Shown piece by piece: positions 10,679 to 20,183 of a DNA stretch of 64,000 bases. The DNA is from an uncultured delta proteobacterium (lineage in GTDB: Bacteria; Desulfobacterota; Binatia; DP-6). Where the stretch lies: contig CAWFFN010000008.1 in the NCBI GenBank assembly GCA_963815115.1, positions 640,001 to 704,000 on the forward strand, read 5' to 3'. The notes under the pieces were generated by a model, which was given only the letters and a program-made list of their open reading frames with translations, searched no databases and was not told the DNA's origin. A program made the position numbers and the translations under genes. Numbering within the stretch: position 1 is the stretch's first letter; every line of letters begins with the position of its first letter.

Positions 10679-10900
10679 ATGAAGAAGGCATTGGCAGGCA
10701 TGGGGTTGCTGCTGTTCGTCGGCGCGTTCGGAGCGGGATGTGAACCCATGAGCAAGGTGAAGGAGCCGCTCCAGCGAGCCGAAGCGGCCGCGACACGCGC
10801 TGAGGATGCGGGACGCCGGGCAGAAGCCGGCGCCTCCCGGGCCGAGGCAGCGTGCGATCGCTGCGCGGCGATGGCCGGCAAGGGCTCGATGCACAAGTAG
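10679..10900 (+). CDS. Second alanine-zipper lipoprotein (Lpp/OprI-like)
   Basis: RBS AGGAGG, lipobox GAGC, RAEAAATRAEDAGRRAEA similar to the upstream gene, C-terminal Lys. Confidence 0.8.
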   Translation: MKKALAGMGLLLFVGAFGAGCEPMSKVKEPLQRAEAAATRAEDAGRRAEAGASRAEAACDRCAAMAGKGSMHK

Positions 10901-10925
10901 AGTGCCATCGATCCCTTGATCGTTC

Positions 10926-10964
10926 AAAGAAGGCGAGGGCGATGAGCCGTCGCCTTTTTTGTTT
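10926..10964 (+). terminator. Intrinsic terminator, possibly bidirectional
   Basis: AAGGCGAGGGC-loop-GCCGTCGCCTT followed by TTTTGTTT, with an A-rich run upstream. Lies between convergent genes. Confidence 0.75.
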
Positions 10965-10987
10965 GGTGCGCGAGCCTCCTGGTGGCG

Positions 10988-12181
10988 TCAGCGCAATTGC
11001 GCCAGGGCGTCGCCGATCCGCCTGATGCCCTCCTCGAGCACCTGGCGCGGCGCCGCATAGGAGAGGCGGATGTGGCGCGGCGCGCCGAACCCTTCGCCCG
11101 GAACGGTCGCGACGTTCGCGTGGCGCAGCAGGTGGGTGGAGAGTTCGTGAGCGGACGCGACGATCCCGTCGGGTCCGCGGCGGCCGAAGACCGAGCTCAC
11201 GTCGGGGAAGACGTAGAAAGCGCCTCCCGGCACGGTGGTGCGCACGCCCGGGATGGCGCCGAGGCACGCGATGACGAGGTCGCGCCGCGCCAGGAACTCG
11301 CGCGCCATGGCTCCGACGCACTCCTGCGGCCCGGTGAGGGCGGCGACCGCCGCCGCCTGCGCGATCGACGTCGGATTCGACGTGCTCTGACTCTGCAGCG
11401 CGGTCATGGCCGCGATGGCCTCGGCCGGCGCTGCCACGTAGCCGATGCGCCAGCCCGTCATCGAGTACGTCTTCGAGACCGAGTTGACGACCAGGAGCCG
11501 CGGGCGCAGCTCCGGCACCAGCGCACCGATGTTCTCGATCGGGTGCTCGGCGATGTGCTCGTAGATGTCGTCGGTGAACACGATCAGTCCGCGGCGCAGC
11601 GCCACCTCGCCGATGGCGCGAACCTCGTCCGACGAGTAGACGGCTCCCGTCGGGTTGCTCGGGCTGTTCAGGACGAGGCCCTTGGTGCGCGCGCCACAGG
11701 CCGCCTCGAGCTGGGCGGCGCTCATGCGGAAGCCCTGCTCCGGGGTGGTCTCGACGACGCGGGTGGTCGCGCCGGCGAGCGTGAGCATGTCGGGGTAGCT
11801 CACCCAGTACGGCGCCGGGACGATCACCTCGTCACCCTCGTCGAAGAGGGCCTGGAAGGCGTTGTAGAGGACGTGCTTGCCGCCGCAGCTCGCCATCACC
11901 TCGGCGCGCTCGTAGGCGAGGCCGTTCTCGCGCCGGAGCTTCTCGCGGATGGCGTCCTTCAGCTCGGGGGTGCCGCCGACGGCCGTGTACTTCGTGAGCC
12001 CTCGGGCCAGGGCCTCGCGGGCCGCGGCCTTGATGTGCTCCGGGGTCTCGAAGTCGGGCTCGCCGGCAGAGAGGTCGACGATGTCGCGGCCCTCGGCGCG
12101 CAGGGCTGCCGCCTCGGCGGCCATGCCGAGGGTGGGTGACGGCTTGATGCCGCGCACGCGCGCGGCGAGCTCGAGAGTCAT
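10988..12181 (-). CDS. aspC: PLP-dependent aminotransferase class I (aspartate aminotransferase)
   Basis: Motifs GEPDFETP, PYWVSY, NSPSNPTG, DDIY, SKTYSMTGWRIGY. Confidence 0.9.
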   Translation of the reverse strand: MTLELAARVRGIKPSPTLGMAAEAAALRAEGRDIVDLSAGEPDFETPEHIKAAAREALARGLTKYTAVGGTPELKDAIREKLRRENGLAYERAEVMASCGGKHVLYNAFQALFDEGDEVIVPAPYWVSYPDMLTLAGATTRVVETTPEQGFRMSAAQLEAACGARTKGLVLNSPSNPTGAVYSSDEVRAIGEVALRRGLIVFTDDIYEHIAEHPIENIGALVPELRPRLLVVNSVSKTYSMTGWRIGYVAAPAEAIAAMTALQSQSTSNPTSIAQAAAVAALTGPQECVGAMAREFLARRDLVIACLGAIPGVRTTVPGGAFYVFPDVSSVFGRRGPDGIVASAHELSTHLLRHANVATVPGEGFGAPRHIRLSYAAPRQVLEEGIRRIGDALAQLR

Positions 12182-12675
12182 GATCGGCGCTCCCGGACGC
12201 GGGCCAGCAGGCGCGACAGGACCTGGTCCGGCAACAGGCCGGCGACGTTGCCGCCCAGGCTCGCGACCTCCTTCACGAGGCGCGAGCTGACGTAGAAGTG
12301 GGATTCCCCGGCGACCATGAAGATGGTCTCGACCTGGGGCTTCAGGTGACGATTCATCGAGGTCATCTGGAACTCGTATTCGAAATCTGCCACCGCGCGC
12401 AGACCGCGCACGATGGCGGTCGCGCCCCTGGCGGCCGCGTAGTCGACCAGGAGTCCCGAGAAGGCATCGGCGCGCACGCGCTCGCCGTCTGCGGCGAAGG
12501 TCTCGCGGATCATCCCCACCCGCTCCTCGGGAGTGAACCAGGCCGAGTCCTTGTCCGGGTTGAAGGCGACGGCGACGATCACCTGATCGAAGACCTGGAG
12601 GCTGCGGCGAATGATGTCGACGTGGCCGTTGGTGATGGGGTCGAAGGAGCCGGGGTACACGGCGATCCGGTTCAT
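12178..12675 (-). CDS. coaD: Phosphopantetheine adenylyltransferase
   Basis: Motifs YPGSFDPITNGH, RGLRAVADFEYE, SSRLVKEVA. Confidence 0.97.
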   Translation of the reverse strand: MNRIAVYPGSFDPITNGHVDIIRRSLQVFDQVIVAVAFNPDKDSAWFTPEERVGMIRETFAADGERVRADAFSGLLVDYAAARGATAIVRGLRAVADFEYEFQMTSMNRHLKPQVETIFMVAGESHFYVSSRLVKEVASLGGNVAGLLPDQVLSRLLARVRERRS

Positions 12676-13244
12676 GCCGTCACCTCCGGGCGCTGCAGCA
12701 GGGTGAGAGCCGTGTCGCCATGGCGGCGGCAGGCCACCGGGACGAGCCCCGGGCGCTCCGCCGGCGTCTCGTCGAGGGCGTGCTCGACGGCCAGCCAGCC
12801 CTCCTGACCGAGGACCTCGCCCGCGGCCACCTGATCGACGAGGCGCTGGACGCAGCCCGCGCGGTAGGGCGGATCGGCGAGGATGCCGTCGACCCGCACC
12901 CCGCGCCGTCCGAGCGTGCGCAGCGCGCGATCCGCCGCCATGGGCATCACCTCCGCGCGTCGGGTGAAGCCGCTCACCCGCAGGTTGCCGCGCAGCGTCC
13001 GGACGACGACCGCCGAGGCCTCGACGAAGACCACGGCGCGTGCGCCCCGCGACAGCGCCTCGATGCCGAGCGCACCGCTGCCCGCGTAGAGGTCGATCAC
13101 GCGCGCGTCGGTCAGCCAGCCTCGGTGTTCGAGCATGTTGAAGAGCGCTCCTCGCACCAGGCTCGAGGTCGGACGCGTACGGCCACCCGCCGGAACCCGG
13201 AGCCGCCGACCGTGCGCGCCTCCCGCGATGATCCTGAGCGCCAT
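12672..13244 (-). CDS. rsmD: 16S rRNA m2G966 methyltransferase
   Basis: Motifs LRIIAG, RPT, DLYAGSGALGIEALSRGA, DPPY. Directly upstream of coaD. Confidence 0.93.
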   Translation of the reverse strand: MALRIIAGGAHGRRLRVPAGGRTRPTSSLVRGALFNMLEHRGWLTDARVIDLYAGSGALGIEALSRGARAVVFVEASAVVVRTLRGNLRVSGFTRRAEVMPMAADRALRTLGRRGVRVDGILADPPYRAGCVQRLVDQVAAGEVLGQEGWLAVEHALDETPAERPGLVPVACRRHGDTALTLLQRPEVTA

Positions 13245-13297
13245 GATCGTCGGCCGTGGAGCTTATAGCGGGTGCGCGATGATCCGGGCAACCGACG

Positions 13298-13417
13298 TCA
13301 CTTCTTCTGTTGCATGTCGGCGCCGCAGCAACGCAGCGTACCGCTGCCGGCCTTGGTGACGATCACCTGCGAGCCGCAGGCGCTGCAGACGTAGATCTTG
13401 CCGATCTGGCTGGGCAT
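13298..13417 (-). CDS. Desulforedoxin-like mini-protein B (39 aa), absent from the ORF track
   Basis: MPSQIGKIYVCSACGSQVIVTKAGSGTLRCCGADMQQKK* has CxxC...CC. AGGAGG RBS upstream. Confidence 0.85.
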   Translation of the reverse strand: MPSQIGKIYVCSACGSQVIVTKAGSGTLRCCGADMQQKK

Positions 13418-13448
13418 GACGCTGTCGTCCTCCTCGACGGATGGGTTG

Positions 13449-14216
13449 CTACCGTCCCTCGTAGCGCGGCGGGCGGCGCTCGAGGAACGACCGCACCCCT
13501 TCCCGCCGGTCGCTGGTGGTCTGGAGCAGTACGTAGAGATCGTGCTCGAGCCGCACGCCGTCGTCCAGCGGGAGGTCGAGCGCGCGCCCCACCGCTTCCT
13601 TGGCCAGGCGCAGCGCGAGCGGACCGCGCTCGACGAGGCCGCGCGCCAGCGCGCCGGCGGCCGAACGCAGGCGCCGGGGAGCCACCACGCGCGACACGAG
13701 GCCCCACGCCGCGGCGGTGTGCGCCGCCACCGGCTCGCCGAGCAGCAGCATCGAGAGCGCCCGCGCGGTACCGACCAGGCGGGGAAGCCGCTGGGTCACC
13801 CCGCCGCCCGGCAGCCGGCCGCGGGACACCTCGGGCAGCTCCAGTACCGCGGTCGTCGCCGCGACGCGGAGGTCGCATGCCAGAGCCAGCGCGAGCCCCC
13901 AGCCTCGAACCGTCCCGGCCAGGCAGCCGATCACCGGCTTGGTCACGCCGGCGACCGCCGCCACCCCGTCCGGCCAGCCGGCGGGCGGCCACGCGATCCC
14001 GGCCGGCAGGCCGGCGCAGAAGTGCTCGCCGGCCCCCGACATGACCATCGCCCGCACCCGCCGGTCGTGCTCGACCGCCTCGCAGGCGTCGGCGAGCGCG
14101 CCCATCATCTCGTCGTCGAGCAGGTTGCGCCGCGCCGGACGTGCCAGCGTCAGCCAGGCGACGCCATCCTCGACCGCCGTCTCGACCGCGGGACGGCGTG
14201 CCGCATGGCGGCTCAC
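13449..14216 (-). CDS. Enoyl-CoA hydratase/isomerase (crotonase) family protein
   Basis: Motifs [43 protein letters not shown] start overlaps the ligase stop (GTGA). Confidence 0.88.
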   Translation of the reverse strand: MSRHAARRPAVETAVEDGVAWLTLARPARRNLLDDEMMGALADACEAVEHDRRVRAMVMSGAGEHFCAGLPAGIAWPPAGWPDGVAAVAGVTKPVIGCLAGTVRGWGLALALACDLRVAATTAVLELPEVSRGRLPGGGVTQRLPRLVGTARALSMLLLGEPVAAHTAAAWGLVSRVVAPRRLRSAAGALARGLVERGPLALRLAKEAVGRALDLPLDDGVRLEHDLYVLLQTTSDRREGVRSFLERRPPRYEGR

Positions 14217-15763
14217 GCGCCCTCGACCTGCGCGCGCAGCTCGCGGCGGAGCACCTTGCCCATCGGGTTCTTCGGCAGCTCGGGGAGGAAGCGGATCACC
14301 TCGGGCTTCTTGAAGCTCGCGAGGCGCTGCCGGCAGAATTCGCCCAGCTCCTCGGCGGTCGCCTGGGCATCCGGGCGCAGGACGACGAACGCGCCGATCC
14401 GCTGTCCCCACTCGACGTCCGGCAGCCCGACCACCGCCACCTCCTCGACGGCCGGGTGCGCTCCGAGCACCGTCTCGACCTCGGCGGGTGCGATGTTCTC
14501 CCCGCCCCGGATGATCATGTCGTCCTTGCGGCCCGCGACGTAGAGGTAGCCGTCCGCATCCACCCAGCCCAGGTCCCGCGTCGGGAGCCAGCCGTCGGCG
14601 GTGAACGGGGAGTCCCCTCCGCCGGCGTAGCCCTTCATCGCACGCGGCGTGCGGACGTGGATCTCCCCCACCTGATCGGCTCCCAGCTCCTCGCCCTCCT
14701 CGCCCACGATGCGCACCTCGACGTCGGGCAGCGGGCGACCGATGGAGCGCAGGCGCCGGAGCGTGCGCTCGACGTCGTCCGGGCCGCCGTCGAGGCGGTG
14801 ATCCTCCGGCCCCAGCACGGTCAGGGTGGAGGTGGTCTCGGTCTGCCCGAAGGCGTTCACGAAGCCGACCGCCTTCGGGAGGCGCTCGATGGCGCGGCGA
14901 ATGACCGGGAACGGCATGGGCGCGCCGCCGTAGGCGAGCACCTCCAGGCCGGCGAGGTCGCGCCGCTCGAGGTCGGGTTGATCGAGCAGGTGCTTCATCA
15001 TCGTCGGCACGACGAAGGCGTGCGTGATGCGCTCGCGCTCGACGAGATCGAGCCAGGCGCCTGCCTCGAACTGCGCCATGATCACGAGGCGGCGCCCGGT
15101 CCACAGCGTCGTCATCATGTTGGTCGCGCCGGCGATGTGGTAGAGCGGCGCGCACAGCAGCGCCGCGCCGCGCGGCGTGCCGTCGGCCAGCTCGACGTTG
15201 GCCGTGACGTAGGCGCTGAAGTCGCCGTACGTGAGCAGCACGCCCTTCGGCAGCGACGTCGTGCCGCTCGTGAACATGAGGATCGTGGTCTCCTCGTCCT
15301 CGACGTCGGCTTCCGCATCGAACGGCTCCGCGGCGGCGAGCAGACTCTCGTACGCCGGCAGATCACCGTGCGGGGCGTCGAAGCCGATCACCGTCCGCAG
15401 CGCGGGCAGCCCGGGACGCAAGGCCGTCACCGCGGGCACGTAGCGCCCGCCGACCAGCAGCACGCTGGCCTCCCCGGCTCGCAGCATGTGCTCCAGCTCC
15501 GGCTGCTTGGCGCGATAGTTGACCGGGATGAACACGCCGCCGAGGAGGGCGGTGGCATAGTAGGCCTCGACGTAGCGGTGCGAGTTGGTGTCCAGCGCCG
15601 CGACACGCGTGCCGCGACCAACGCCCAGCCGCGCGAGCGCGCCAGCGAGGCGCCGGACCCGGGCCTCGACCTCCGCGTAGGTGAAGCGCTGTCCGTCGAA
15701 GACCACCGCCTCCTGCTCGGGAACGATGCCCGCAGGGATGGTGAGGAAGGCGACGGTATTCAT
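14213..15763 (-). CDS. AMP-dependent acyl-CoA synthetase/ligase
   Basis: Motifs [45 protein letters not shown]. Confidence 0.93.
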   Translation of the reverse strand: MNTVAFLTIPAGIVPEQEAVVFDGQRFTYAEVEARVRRLAGALARLGVGRGTRVAALDTNSHRYVEAYYATALLGGVFIPVNYRAKQPELEHMLRAGEASVLLVGGRYVPAVTALRPGLPALRTVIGFDAPHGDLPAYESLLAAAEPFDAEADVEDEETTILMFTSGTTSLPKGVLLTYGDFSAYVTANVELADGTPRGAALLCAPLYHIAGATNMMTTLWTGRRLVIMAQFEAGAWLDLVERERITHAFVVPTMMKHLLDQPDLERRDLAGLEVLAYGGAPMPFPVIRRAIERLPKAVGFVNAFGQTETTSTLTVLGPEDHRLDGGPDDVERTLRRLRSIGRPLPDVEVRIVGEEGEELGADQVGEIHVRTPRAMKGYAGGGDSPFTADGWLPTRDLGWVDADGYLYVAGRKDDMIIRGGENIAPAEVETVLGAHPAVEEVAVVGLPDVEWGQRIGAFVVLRPDAQATAEELGEFCRQRLASFKKPEVIRFLPELPKNPMGKVLRRELRAQVEGA

Positions 15764-16494
15764 GGCGTCGCGCCTTCTAGCCCGAGCGCGAGCCGGCGCT
15801 CAAGGGCGATGCCGTCCTCGAGCGACAGGTCGTGGGCCGCGCGCACGCAGCGCCGGGCGGCGCGGGCAACGCGCGGCGGTACGCGCGCCAGCCGGTTCGC
15901 CAGGGCGCGCGTCGCGGCGTCGAGGCGCGGCCGCGGCACGACCCGCACGACCAGCCCGAGGCGCTCCGCCTCGCCGGCGTCGATCCGCCGGCCCGTCAGC
16001 ACCAGGTCGAGCGCCCGGCCGACGCCGACCCGCCGCGGCAGGGTCTGCGTCCCCGCCACCCCCGGGATCATGCCGCGCCCGGTCTCGGGAAGCGCAAAGC
16101 TCGCGTCGGCCGCGGCGATGCAGAGGTCGCAGAGGAGTGCCATCTCCATACCGCCCCCCACCGCGAGCCCATGGACCGCGGCCAGGGTGACCGCGCGCAG
16201 CCGCAGGAGCTGGCCCCACACGTCGCGCTGCCAGCGTACCTGGCGGGCGATGAACGGCGACGGTGCGCTGCCGAACTCGCGCAGGTCGCCGCCGGTGGAG
16301 AACGCCGGCCCACGGCCGCGCAGGACGAGGACGCGGACGTCCGGGTCCGCGTCGGCAGCGGCGAGCACGGCGTGCAGGTCGTCGCGCATCGCCATGCTGT
16401 AGGCGTTGAGCACCTCGGGCCGGTCGAGGCTCACCGTCGCGACCGCGCCCCGGGTCTCGTAACGCAGCGTCACGTACGGCCTCACGCGCGTCAC
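15760..16494 (-). CDS. Enoyl-CoA hydratase/isomerase (crotonase) family protein
   Basis: Motifs [34 protein letters not shown] start with a GGGGAG RBS. Confidence 0.9.
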   Translation of the reverse strand: MTRVRPYVTLRYETRGAVATVSLDRPEVLNAYSMAMRDDLHAVLAAADADPDVRVLVLRGRGPAFSTGGDLREFGSAPSPFIARQVRWQRDVWGQLLRLRAVTLAAVHGLAVGGGMEMALLCDLCIAAADASFALPETGRGMIPGVAGTQTLPRRVGVGRALDLVLTGRRIDAGEAERLGLVVRVVPRPRLDAATRALANRLARVPPRVARAARRCVRAAHDLSLEDGIALERRLALGLEGATP

Positions 16495-16619
16495 ACGATC
16501 TCCCCGCCGATCCTCGTCAGGCGGACGCGCGCGGGCGCGACCCTCGTCCGGCGACGCGGATCGGCCTCCACGACGACTCGATCGGCCGGACGGGTTCTCC
16601 AGGCTGCAGGAGTCGTGCG

Positions 16620-16763
16620 TCAGTCCGACGACGGGAGCGGCTTCGCTTCCTTGAGCTTCATCTCGTGGTCGCAGCAGGTGAGCTCGCCGCCGCCGGGCTT
16701 GTTGCACAGCACCTCTGCGCCGCAGGCGTCACACAGGTACCGCTTGCCGAGCTGGGTGGACAT
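16620..16763 (-). CDS. Desulforedoxin-like mini-protein A (47 aa), absent from the ORF track
   Basis: MSTQLGKRYLCDACGAEVLCNKPGGGELTCCDHEMKLKEAKPLPSSD* has CxxC...CC. Confidence 0.85.
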   Translation of the reverse strand: MSTQLGKRYLCDACGAEVLCNKPGGGELTCCDHEMKLKEAKPLPSSD

Positions 16764-16827
16764 GGCCCGTCTGGTAGCAGACAGGCACGCCGCGGCTCAA
16801 GGAGGCGGCTCCGACCGTCTCGTGCGG

Positions 16828-17877
16828 CTACGCGAGGGGCCAGGTCGCGACCCGCGCCACCGTGACCGCGTGACCGCCGCGCACGGCGAGCTCCGTGCCC
16901 GGCTCCCAGTGCTCGCGGCGCACGAAGCCCAGCCCGGCGAGCGTGCCGGCGCCGAAGGCACGCGCGATGGTGGTGAGGTGCCCGACGTCCTTGCCGTCGC
17001 GCACCAGCGCCGCGCCGCTCGCCGGTGCCGGTCCGGCGAGCAGGAGCGGGACCAGGCGGCGGTTGACGTGCCCCCGGGCCGTCCCGCGCGCGACCACCTC
17101 CTGCCCGAGGTAGCACCCCTTCGTGATGCTGATCGCATCCTCGACCGGCACCTCCAGCGCCAGGGTCTTCTCGCCCATGTCGAGGCCGACACGCGGCACC
17201 CCGACCTCGACGCGCCGGCCCTCGAGCGCCTCCATGCCGCACGGCCTCGCGCCTGCAGCGCCGAGGGCGTCCCACACCGCGGCAGCGTGCGCGCGCGGCA
17301 CGTGCAGCGCGAAGCCGTCACCGCGCACCTCGCTGGTGCGCTGGATGCGGACGTCCACCCCGGCGATCCGGGCCTGCGCGTGTGCGAACGGCGCCAGCGC
17401 CGCCGCGACCCCGGCGAGGAGCCGCGCGGCCCCGGGTCCCTCGACGCCGACCAGCGCCGGCGGATCGGCCGGCGCGAGCAGCTCGACGTCGTCCGCGATG
17501 AGGAGCGCTTCCAGCGCGGCGACCATCCCGTCGCGGGCGCGGACGTCACAGTCGAGCAGGATCTCGTCCGCGAGCGCGGCCAGGCGGAGATCGGCGGTGA
17601 CGCGCCCCTGCACCGTCAGTAGCAGCGCCGGGCAGCCCTCGCCGGGGCCGAGGCGGGCGACGTCGTTGCTCAGCATGCCCTGGAGGAAGGACGCGCGGTC
17701 GGGGCCGGTGGCGCGCATCAGCGTGCGGAAGCCCAGGTCGATCAGCGCCGCTCCCCGGGTGAGCGCGCCATACTCCGCCTCCGGGTCGCCGAAATGGCGC
17801 GGCAGCGCGACGCCGCGGTCGTCGTCGTGCGACGCGCCGGCCGCCACGAGATGGGCGTGCAGGGCGGTCTCGATCAT
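16828..17877 (-). CDS. ygfZ: YgfZ/GcvT-like folate-binding protein
   Basis: Motifs [15 protein letters not shown] and the YgfZ signature [12 protein letters not shown]. Confidence 0.88.
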   Translation of the reverse strand: MIETALHAHLVAAGASHDDDRGVALPRHFGDPEAEYGALTRGAALIDLGFRTLMRATGPDRASFLQGMLSNDVARLGPGEGCPALLLTVQGRVTADLRLAALADEILLDCDVRARDGMVAALEALLIADDVELLAPADPPALVGVEGPGAARLLAGVAAALAPFAHAQARIAGVDVRIQRTSEVRGDGFALHVPRAHAAAVWDALGAAGARPCGMEALEGRRVEVGVPRVGLDMGEKTLALEVPVEDAISITKGCYLGQEVVARGTARGHVNRRLVPLLLAGPAPASGAALVRDGKDVGHLTTIARAFGAGTLAGLGFVRREHWEPGTELAVRGGHAVTVARVATWPLA

Positions 17878-17942
17878 CGGAGACCACCGTGCCCGGCTCC
17901 TTCCGGCTTGACAAGGGAGGCGAAGACACGGAAAGCGCAAAC

Positions 17943-18743
17943 GTGGGCGGTGCGCCGGCGATCTACGAGGACATCCTCTACGAGTCACGGGACGGCATCG
18001 CCTGGATCACCATCAACCGGCCCGAGGTGCTGAACGCCTTCCGCGCCCGGACGGTCGACGAGCTCATCGCCGCCTTCCGCACCGCCTGGCACGACGCCGG
18101 CGTCGGCGTCGCCGTGCTCACGGGCGCCGGCGAGCGCGCCTTCTCCAGCGGCGGCGACCAGACCGAGCGCAGCGACCAGGGCTACGGCGGCGGCGGCGGC
18201 GGTCCGGGGCTCGACGTGCACGGGCTGCACGGCATCCTCCGGGCGATCCCGAAGCCGGTGATCGCCATGGTGAACGGCTGGGCGATCGGCGGCGGTCACG
18301 TGCTCCACGTGCTGTGCGATCTCACCATCGCAGCCGACACCGCACGCTTCGGACAGGTCGGGCCCCGGGTCGGATCGGTCGATCCCGGCTTCGGCACCGC
18401 GTATCTGGCGCGCGTGGTGGGCGAGAAGAAAGCGCGCGAGATGTGGTACCTCTGCCGGCAGTACACGGCCGAGCAGGCGCTGGCGATGGGCCTGGTCAAC
18501 GCGGTGGTGCCCGCGGCCGAGCTGCGTGCCGAGACCGAGCGCTGGTGCCACGAGCTCCTCGAGAAGAGCCCGACCGCCCTCAAGCTCGCCAAGCAGTCCT
18601 TCAACGCCGACACGGAGCACATCGCGGGCATCACCGAGCTGGGCTTCGCCGCGCTCGAGCTGTACTATCGCACCGACGAGGCCGAGGAGGGCCGGCGCGC
18701 CTTCCTCGAGCGGCGGCCGCCCCGCTTCCGGCGCTTGCCCTAG
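17943..18743 (+). CDS. MenB/BadI subfamily crotonase (naphthoate synthase or 2-ketocyclohexanecarboxyl-CoA hydrolase)
   Basis: Motifs [59 protein letters not shown]. Start approximate. Confidence 0.85.
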   Translation: MGGAPAIYEDILYESRDGIAWITINRPEVLNAFRARTVDELIAAFRTAWHDAGVGVAVLTGAGERAFSSGGDQTERSDQGYGGGGGGPGLDVHGLHGILRAIPKPVIAMVNGWAIGGGHVLHVLCDLTIAADTARFGQVGPRVGSVDPGFGTAYLARVVGEKKAREMWYLCRQYTAEQALAMGLVNAVVPAAELRAETERWCHELLEKSPTALKLAKQSFNADTEHIAGITELGFAALELYYRTDEAEEGRRAFLERRPPRFRRLP

Positions 18744-18773
18744 CCCGATCCCTCACGAGGAGAACGAAAGACG

Positions 18774-20144
18774 ATGTCGAACCGCCGGCTCCCTCTCGCG
18801 ACCTGGCTCACGACCGGCATGGCGCTGGCGGCTGGCAGCGCTGCACAGGCCGTCATCACGCTCGAGGATCCGGTCAATTTCCAGGTGAAGAACACCTTCA
18901 GCGCCACGACGCTCGGCGTGCCCGGGCCGCTCGGCGGACTGATGTTCTCGCCCGACGGCACCGTGCTCTACCTCGTCGGCGCCTCCGAGCTCACCACCAG
19001 CGCGCTGTACCGCATCCCCGTCACCCGCGATCCGGCGACGCACCAGGTCACCGACCTCGGCCCCGCGGCCGCCATCACCAAGGCCTTCGACGGCAATGCG
19101 GCGACGCCCGGCCTCGACACGGGACTCGAGCTCGGGCCGGGCGGCACGCTCTTCTACACCTACTGGAGCTCGAACTTCCTCGGCGAGCGTCCCGGCGGCG
19201 TCGCCGGTGCGGAGACGCAGTTCAACATGGCCCCCATCGGCGTTCCCTCCTCCATCGCCGGGCTCACCTTCTCGCCTCATCGGACCGATCCGGGCACCGG
19301 ATTCGGCCGCATGCAGATCAGCTCGTGGCAGGGGGCGAATCTCTACGAGGTGCCGCTCACGTCCGGCGCCGGCGGCATCTTCACGCCCGGGGCCGTCACG
19401 CTCTTCGTCACGTTGCCACAGCAAGGCACGGGTGCCATCCAGTACGTCCCGTCGGGCCCGCTGGCCGGCAACCTCATGTACGTCAACTGGAACTTCGGCG
19501 AGGTGCGGCTCCTCACCATCGACCCGGCGACGGGTCTTGCGGTCGACAAGGGCACCGGGCAGCCGACGCTCGGAACGACCGATCCCGTGGACGCCCGCTT
19601 CGCCTCCGGCCTCGGCGTGGGACCATGGGGACTCGAGTTCGATCCCCTGACCAACGACTTCTTCGTCGCCACCTTCCGTGGGGACCCGGCCAACACGATC
19701 GTCCAGATCGGCGGCGCCGGCTTCCCGCCGCCCGAGAGCACGACGACGACCACCGCCACCGTGACCACGACGACGACCACCACCACGCTGCCGTCGGAGT
19801 GCGGCGTCCGTGCGGCCACCTTCGAGTCGATCGATTGCCGGCTCGACCTGCTCGTGGTGAAGGTCGGCGCCGCGCAGGACCTCGGCAGGGGAAAGAAATT
19901 CCTGCTCGCCGGCGTGACCGCGGCGCGAGCCAAGAAGCAGGACGCCGAGGCCGACGTCGCGGCGGGCCGCGGCAAGCCCGCGAACAAGGCCCTCGGGAAG
20001 TCCATCCGGAAGATGATCAACTTCGCGCACCGCCTGCGCTCGCTCACGTCCCGCAAGAACATCCCGGGTACGACGCGAACGGCGCTCCTCGACGACGCGA
20101 ACCCGATCCTGGAGGACCTGAAGACCCTGCGGCAGCAGTTCTGA
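18774..20144 (+). CDS. Secreted protein: beta-rich domain, Thr-rich linker, basic helical C-terminal domain
   Basis: RBS GAGGAG, signal peptide (...SAAQA), propeller-like repeats (GLMFSPDG, GLTFSP, GLEFDP), poly-Thr linker. Confidence 0.75.
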   Translation: MSNRRLPLATWLTTGMALAAGSAAQAVITLEDPVNFQVKNTFSATTLGVPGPLGGLMFSPDGTVLYLVGASELTTSALYRIPVTRDPATHQVTDLGPAAAITKAFDGNAATPGLDTGLELGPGGTLFYTYWSSNFLGERPGGVAGAETQFNMAPIGVPSSIAGLTFSPHRTDPGTGFGRMQISSWQGANLYEVPLTSGAGGIFTPGAVTLFVTLPQQGTGAIQYVPSGPLAGNLMYVNWNFGEVRLLTIDPATGLAVDKGTGQPTLGTTDPVDARFASGLGVGPWGLEFDPLTNDFFVATFRGDPANTIVQIGGAGFPPPESTTTTTATVTTTTTTTTLPSECGVRAATFESIDCRLDLLVVKVGAAQDLGRGKKFLLAGVTAARAKKQDAEADVAAGRGKPANKALGKSIRKMINFAHRLRSLTSRKNIPGTTRTALLDDANPILEDLKTLRQQF

Positions 20145-20183
20145 GCTGGACGCGTCTCGCCGCCGTGGCGTGAACCGACGACG

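Noticed and set aside
13298-13417. Cys-rich mini-ORFs as RiPP precursors
   Set aside because: The Cys spacing matches the desulforedoxin metal site, and no radical-SAM, YcaO or lanthipeptide enzymes are adjacent.
19735-19790. ACG/ACC tandem repeats
   Set aside because: They encode the poly-Thr linker. Not a CRISPR array or non-coding repeat.
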